Assembly: GCA_963663965.2 (NCBI GenBank)
Contig: CAXXFK010000015.1
Location: 128,001 to 192,000, forward strand
Direction of reading: 5' to 3'
DNA from: Sedimentisphaerales bacterium
GTDB lineage: Bacteria > Planctomycetota > Phycisphaerae > Sedimentisphaerales > SM23-30
Length of the DNA: 64,000 bases
Numbering within the stretch: the first letter of the stretch is position 1; each line of letters begins with the position of its first letter. Of this stretch, positions 58,670 through 64,000 are shown piece after piece. A model generated the notes under the pieces. It had not been told where the DNA came from, did not search any database, and worked only from the letters and a program-made list of their open reading frames with translations. A program made the position numbers and the translations under genes.

Positions 58670-58730
58670 AGCCGTATTAGATAGGATAACAGGATTTACA
58701 GGATAATTTATAATCCAATAGCCCTCCTTC

Positions 58731-59267
58731 TTATCTCGTAAGTAGAGTATCGAGCCGTTTTACCACATTATCCGTTTTCCAATCGTCCGACATCCAAAAC
58801 TTAATAAATGTATCATAAGGGACTGGAGCATACCGGTGAAGTACGCCCGTATCCAAACTTGTGACCTCAATTAATAAGCCAATTCTATCATTTTCTTTTG
58901 AAATAAAATACAAATATTCATAATCAAGACCAGATATGCCTCTACCACAAGCATAGATCGCACTAATTGTTATTATCGGCTTTCTGTCAATTAAATCAGG
59001 TTTAACTGCATTAGGGTCTGGAGGATCAAACACAATATCAGATTCGTCAAAACCTTCAATTCTATACTTTTTTTGATATCCAAGCATTTCAAGTTTCTGA
59101 CAAACCTTTTCAACCTGATCACCAATTACTAAATTGGGGGCCGGGTTATAGTTAGTCCGGCATAGCAAGGAAGACTCGTCACACCACATTTTGGCGGCTG
59201 TTACCCTGTCACACCCTGACAAATAGACACACACAATAAACAACGCGATCAAAATTAGTTTTCTCAT
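58731..59267 (-). CDS. Putative lipoprotein immunity protein
   Basis: MRKLILIALFIVCVYLSGC lipobox; overlaps the toxin stop. Confidence 0.7.
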   Translation of the reverse strand: MRKLILIALFIVCVYLSGCDRVTAAKMWCDESSLLCRTNYNPAPNLVIGDQVEKVCQKLEMLGYQKKYRIEGFDESDIVFDPPDPNAVKPDLIDRKPIITISAIYACGRGISGLDYEYLYFISKENDRIGLLIEVTSLDTGVLHRYAPVPYDTFIKFWMSDDWKTDNVVKRLDTLLTR

Positions 59268-61339
59268 TTATTAATCTCCACCACTAACCATGGAAATGCC
59301 TCGTATGGGTATCGTAACGGACTTATTATCTTGCCATCTGGACTTACGCATCGTTTTACAATTTCATGTTTAGACTCATCATAATAAATATTGCATGAAT
59401 ATCGATGTTCTTCATTAGTCCAGGCAAATGGCGCGCTTTTTTCCCATGGATCTAACCGCACTGAGCATGGACCAGTAAGTAATGGTCGTTCACCAACAGA
59501 TACTGTTGCCCAATTGTGTCGAATAGTCATACTTTTATTAATTGTTTCAGTTGGATCATAGCCTGCTCTCCATACTTTAAAACAGCTATCCGAATCCCTG
59601 CTGGCTTTGATGGCATTGTAGGTTAAGGTCTGCCAGTAGAAGCAGGGCCAACCACAATGTAAATTGCCATATTCAGACCCCAAGTAACTGTTATCTTGTA
59701 TTCCAAAATTAATCATCGCAAATGACTGAGGATAATTCGCCATATTATCCCACATCTTGATATAATCGTTCGCAATCTGCCGGGCCTCTCTGAGGCATTT
59801 GAAAAGATCGCATTTGCAATCAGAATTATCTCTGCACTTTTTGTTTCGACATACTTTGGCCAATTTTTCATAAACTAACGATGCCGATTCAGTTAACGGC
59901 CCGTATAATGGAGGTTCTGCTCTTGTTTGAGCGTCTGGATAAATTACTTTTGGATAAATCAGACCGGTATCAGGGTCAACATAATCTGTTGCGGAATCAA
60001 TAACATTCGTCATCTTTCCCATCGGATCTGTATTTATCATCACCTGTGAATAAGCATATTGATAAAGATTCATCCCATCGACATATCCAGCAGGATCCAC
60101 ACTCAGCCACCGCCCGGTACGATAATCATAATACCGATGCCGGTTAATCTGAATCAGCTTCGCCCCGCCGTCAAGGATATCCAGCCGTCGCCCGGTGAAG
60201 GAATACGGATTGCCGACAACCGACCCCACCGCCGAAGCCGTCAACTCCGAAGTCGGCCCCGCCACACTCATCGCCAGCATCTCCAATCCTCCTGGTATCC
60301 CCGTATCAGCGGCGATCAATCCCGTACTATTGGGATCACTCGGCCAGCCCATCATGTCGCTGCCGCTCCATGCTTCATTCGGATCCAGCGCCGCCAACAG
60401 CAGTATCGGCGTATTATCACCCACCGCCATTTCTCCGGATGTTTCCTCCATGACCTTCATGTCCCTCGTGGTGAATAACGGCTGTTCCAGCCACCCGGCC
60501 GCCGCGTCGGCGTAGAAGGTCAACGAATCCATCGGCCTCACCGTCGGCGCCATGATCGAGTCGCTGACGCTCCCCGCTGCTACCCAGACACTCGGCTTGC
60601 CATACACATCATACTCATACCGCTCGGCCACGTCCGCCGCTTCATCCAACAGCACAACGGTACTATTCAGGTGGTCCTGAACATAGTAATACAACGGCTC
60701 TCCGGCCGTCATCCCATCGATCAGGATAAGCGGCTCATCGATCCCGTTGCCATAGACGAACTCACGCCGGGTCGCCCCTTCTTCATCCGTCTCCATCACC
60801 ACCTGCCAGCGGTCATTGAAGTAATAGCGCGTCACAGTATCCACCACCTCGCCCGGCACCCGCATCTCGATGCGGCGTCCCAGCGCGTCATAGTCATAAG
60901 CGACCACATCCGTATCACTCCCTTCATCATACACCCCATCGCTGTCCAGGTCAATATAAACCCGCTTCAGCCGGTTCTCATAGTCCCAGACATAACTATA
61001 GCCTTCTTCATCAGTTACGACATTCCCCGCCGCGTCATAGCCCAGCTGCACATCATAACTGCCGACCGCGTCATACTGGTTCGTCAGCGCATCGACGGCA
61101 TAAGTCTCGACCGCCCCGGTTTTCAGGGCCACCTGCGTCCGGTTCCCCAGGGTATCGTAATCGAAAACTTCCGACTGACCCTGGGCCAGCCGCTCGATCG
61201 TCGCCTCAGACAGAACCTGGTTATAGATCCGCACATCGTCGATCACCCCATCAAAACCACGGCCGCCGCCGATCCGGGCCAATGAAATGACCTGAATGAA
61301 CCGACTTTCAGCCGCCAGACTATTGGCAATTACCATCAC
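59264..61339 (-). CDS. N-terminally truncated Rhs protein (LamG remnant, YD repeats, core) with Cys-His-Asp C-terminal domain
   Basis: FDGVIDDVRIYNQVLS (LamG end); YDTLGNR, YDAAGN, WDYENRL, YDALGRR; core ending DPMG; CT PCFYWQ..HNWA..LDPW. Confidence 0.8.
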   Translation of the reverse strand: MMVIANSLAAESRFIQVISLARIGGGRGFDGVIDDVRIYNQVLSEATIERLAQGQSEVFDYDTLGNRTQVALKTGAVETYAVDALTNQYDAVGSYDVQLGYDAAGNVVTDEEGYSYVWDYENRLKRVYIDLDSDGVYDEGSDTDVVAYDYDALGRRIEMRVPGEVVDTVTRYYFNDRWQVVMETDEEGATRREFVYGNGIDEPLILIDGMTAGEPLYYYVQDHLNSTVVLLDEAADVAERYEYDVYGKPSVWVAAGSVSDSIMAPTVRPMDSLTFYADAAAGWLEQPLFTTRDMKVMEETSGEMAVGDNTPILLLAALDPNEAWSGSDMMGWPSDPNSTGLIAADTGIPGGLEMLAMSVAGPTSELTASAVGSVVGNPYSFTGRRLDILDGGAKLIQINRHRYYDYRTGRWLSVDPAGYVDGMNLYQYAYSQVMINTDPMGKMTNVIDSATDYVDPDTGLIYPKVIYPDAQTRAEPPLYGPLTESASLVYEKLAKVCRNKKCRDNSDCKCDLFKCLREARQIANDYIKMWDNMANYPQSFAMINFGIQDNSYLGSEYGNLHCGWPCFYWQTLTYNAIKASRDSDSCFKVWRAGYDPTETINKSMTIRHNWATVSVGERPLLTGPCSVRLDPWEKSAPFAWTNEEHRYSCNIYYDESKHEIVKRCVSPDGKIISPLRYPYEAFPWLVVEINK

Positions 61340-61826
61340 TCGCGGAACATTATCCGGTAAAGTAATCTCTACAGCCTAGTCAATCCCAATGAAACGAACG
61401 GACCGTTTTGACAACAATGATTTTAATGCATAATTCTTAACCAACCAGATGCCCGGCTCCCAACATGGCGTTCGACCGATAACTATTGCCCGATAAATTA
61501 AAATCCGAATTATCAGTATTATTTTGCCAACAAATTTGCCTTTTCATTTTCATGGTGTATATTATATACGGCGCCCGTTGGACCGGAGAGCCTGACGGAT
61601 AAAACTGGTTGCCCGATTACCCGAGAGAGAGCTGACTCACGGTAAGTTATAAAGCGAGACAACTTTTTATGAGTTTGTCGCCGTAAAGGAAAGAATAACC
61701 GGATAAAGCTCAAGGTAACCGAAATAGCAAGATCCAAAATTAAGTTCCATGAATGCAATCGTACACTGCTTTTAAGAAGGGAGTAAGAAGATTCGATAGT
61801 TGGAAATGATTCTGGGTCAACAGGCT

Positions 61827-61860
61827 AAAAGCCCCCGGTCAATACCGCGGGCTTTTTTTA
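61827..61860. terminator. Probable intrinsic terminator downstream of the DeoR gene
   Basis: AAAAGCCC...GGGCTTTTTT hairpin with A/T tails on both sides. Confidence 0.6.
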
Positions 61861-61883
61861 TTGCGCTTAGTCCATCGCTTTGA

Positions 61884-62651
61884 TCACGCCACCACAACTT
61901 CCATGCCATTTTTTTCCAGGATTAATCGATCTTCCACTGACGGTTCAGCATCCACAATCAGAACATCGATTTCATTGCACGACAAAACACTATATAAAGC
62001 CTTCCTGCCCATTTTGGTTGAATCTATCAGCAAATAGACTTTACCCGCACGCGCCGCGATCTGACGTTTAATGGTCCGATTGAACGCCGCGTTTTCAAAG
62101 GTTCCCTCACCCGGCATCAATCCTGTACAGGAGAAAAAAGCTTTTTCAATATAAATCGAATCGCGCTGACTGTCCGTCTCAAACCCAACAAAAGAATAGG
62201 TCTCTCGATCAAATACCCCCCCCAGACCAATCAACCGGATTTCCTGTGAGCGCGCCAGTTCATTAGTAATAATCGCGGAATTGGTCACCACAGTCACATC
62301 CCGCCGCTGCCGGGTCAGTTCCCTGCCAAAACATGCCACTGTTGTCGATCCATCCAGAAATATCGAATCGCCCGCGGAAACAAAATCCATCGCCCGGTTG
62401 GCAATTTTCTGCTTTTGGACCAGATTCATTTGCATCCGATAAGTGAGTGCCGCTTCCCGAAATTGCGCCGGCGAATCCAACCGTTGGGCCCCCCCCTTGA
62501 TTCGCGTCAAAAAACGCGATTCCGCTAGAAAATCCACATCTCGACGAATCGTAAATGGAGACACCCCAAATTTATCAGCAAGATCACCAAACGAAGCAAT
62601 GCCAACTTGCTGAATATATTCCAATATCTTTTGCTGTCGTTCTCTTACCAT
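61884..62651 (-). CDS. DeoR/GlpR family transcriptional regulator
   Basis: RQQKIL..FGVSPFTIRRD..GGA; K.KIA..IFLDGSTT; VVTNS; LIDSTK. Confidence 0.95.
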   Translation of the reverse strand: MVRERQQKILEYIQQVGIASFGDLADKFGVSPFTIRRDVDFLAESRFLTRIKGGAQRLDSPAQFREAALTYRMQMNLVQKQKIANRAMDFVSAGDSIFLDGSTTVACFGRELTRQRRDVTVVTNSAIITNELARSQEIRLIGLGGVFDRETYSFVGFETDSQRDSIYIEKAFFSCTGLMPGEGTFENAAFNRTIKRQIAARAGKVYLLIDSTKMGRKALYSVLSCNEIDVLIVDAEPSVEDRLILEKNGMEVVVA

Positions 62652-62765
62652 TTCTAATTCATTTAATAATAGATAATTATATTAAAAAAACCATTCTAAT
62701 TGACACTATATATACCGCTAATTATACCTAAATGTTGGTTTTTTGCAAATATTTTGCAAAATATA

Positions 62766-62793
62766 TTGACATTATTAGCACATTCTTTACAAT
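62766..62793 (+). promoter_or_regulatory. Sigma70-type promoter for the E1 gene with flanking palindromes
   Basis: TTGACA-N16-TACAAT; TTTTGCAAA-tat-TTTGCAAAA directly upstream. Confidence 0.55.
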
Positions 62794-62889
62794 AAATGAA
62801 TCGTCAACAGCAATATTTTGTCAGTATTGCTAATATTACGCTAAAATTTCCTGAACATTCCATAAAGCGACTGTGGAGAACTGGTAAAA

Positions 62890-64000
62890 ATGAAAAGTAT
62901 CCTTGCGGCACCGGATTTCACTCCAAAATCACTCACCTTTGGTGAAGTCCCATGTTACCAATACACTGGCACTCTAAAAGATGAAATCAAAGCCAACTTA
63001 TTGAGTAAAGATGACGCTATCTTTATGTTCCGCGTCATGCTTTATAACCGTTATTTTGAACAAACTATCATCAAACTACGCAATGGTGAGCTTGTTCCTT
63101 ATGAAGGATTTAAATTTACCGGCGCCACTCACTTATCCATCGGCCAGGAAGGCGTTGCCATTGGTGCCAATGCCGCACTGCGCTATGACGATTATATCAC
63201 CAGTTCCCATCGCGGTCATGGCCATGGCATCGCGAAAAGCGCTTATGCGCTGCGCCAATCCTGCCAGAGCGAATGGGCCGATTTTATCAAAGGGGTCAGC
63301 TTTACCAGCCAACAAACAGACCTTTTCGAACAGGCTATGGAAGTCCATCTTTATCGCACCATGGCAGAATTTATGGGAATGGAAGAGGGCTATTGCCGCG
63401 GACGAGGCGGCGGCATGCACATTGCCGATTTTCACGTTGGACATCTGGGCGCCAACGCCATCGTTGGTGGCAGTATTCCAATCGCCACTGGCGCAGGCAT
63501 GTCGATGACATTACAGCACAAAGATCGGGTCACCTGTTGTTTCTTTGGCGATGGCGCCTGCAATAACGGCGTGTTTGGCGAATCGCTTAATATGGCTTCC
63601 ATGAAACAATTCAAACAGGGAGTACCTGTCATCTTCTTAATCGAAAACAACCAGTTTGGCATGAGCGGTCGTGGCGCAGGCGAAGTAACCGGGGTAGACC
63701 ATGTGGTCCGGCGCGGTTGGGGCTACAAACAAAATGGCATGCACGCCGAAGTGGTTAACGGCATGAATGCCATGGCCGTTTATGAAGCCGTGCGGCGGGC
63801 AGTCGACACCTGCCGGTCAGGCGATGGCCCGGTCCTGCTCGAGTGCATGACCTACCGATACCGCGGTCATTCTCTCAGTGACCAGAATGCCTATCGCTCC
63901 GATGAAGAAATAAAAGCCTGGATGGACGAAGACCCCATCAACCGTATGGAAAAAGAACTTATTGATGCCGATGTCCTTACTGCCAACCAGATAGAAGCCA
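62890..64000 (+). CDS. TPP-dependent 2-oxoacid/acetoin dehydrogenase E1 alpha-like, truncated by the window edge
   Basis: Hand-translated: GATHLSIGQEG, SSHRGHGH, GRGGGMH, GANAIVGG, FFGDGA...IENN, TYRYRGHS. Confidence 0.9.
   Translation, partial: MKSILAAPDFTPKSLTFGEVPCYQYTGTLKDEIKANLLSKDDAIFMFRVMLYNRYFEQTIIKLRNGELVPYEGFKFTGATHLSIGQEGVAIGANAALRYDDYITSSHRGHGHGIAKSAYALRQSCQSEWADFIKGVSFTSQQTDLFEQAMEVHLYRTMAEFMGMEEGYCRGRGGGMHIADFHVGHLGANAIVGGSIPIATGAGMSMTLQHKDRVTCCFFGDGACNNGVFGESLNMASMKQFKQGVPVIFLIENNQFGMSGRGAGEVTGVDHVVRRGWGYKQNGMHAEVVNGMNAMAVYEAVRRAVDTCRSGDGPVLLECMTYRYRGHSLSDQNAYRSDEEIKAWMDEDPINRMEKELIDADVLTANQIEA

Noticed and set aside
61519..61758. 79-aa minus-strand ORF upstream of the Rhs gene
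   Set aside because: Weak start, no motifs; cannot be supported as a gene

Overview
64 kb of bacterial chromosome, most likely Planctomycetota/Phycisphaerae. This is an inference from the dockerin-like C-terminal tags, LamG/NPCBM proteins, an ECF-FecR pair, an H-X9-DG prepilin protein and mcsA-mcsB without ctsR. 1-14.8 kb is mostly housekeeping: a TPR lipoprotein, AmrS, mcsB, mcsA, queD, coaD, a phosphoesterase, PilZ and HEAT proteins, plsY, acyP and htpX. 14.8-25.1 kb encodes large secreted glycan/sulfate-related proteins plus three small AT-rich ORFs. 25.2-27.5 kb is an unusual non-coding array of co-oriented micro-tandem repeats with nested mini-hairpins, followed by a strong promoter and an orphan gene. 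valS and tRNA-Pro(GGG) come next, then a carbohydrate-utilisation locus (31.9-43.2 kb) interrupted by a one-gene IS66 and followed by a complete three-gene IS66; both IS elements have perfect 8-bp target duplications. 46-61.3 kb is an Rhs/polymorphic-toxin locus lacking an intact full-length Rhs. It holds three classical orphan Rhs-CT/immunity pairs and three genes in which a signal peptide is fused directly to the last ~40 aa of the Rhs core. Two of those three carry a Bacillus Tgl-like transglutaminase domain and sit in a duplicated three-gene module with a second, SirB1/Transglut_core2-like transglutaminase-fold protein; this is the best candidate for an undescribed system. The window ends with a DeoR regulator divergent from a truncated TPP-dependent E1 dehydrogenase. 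All family assignments are by eye from motifs; no searches were run.
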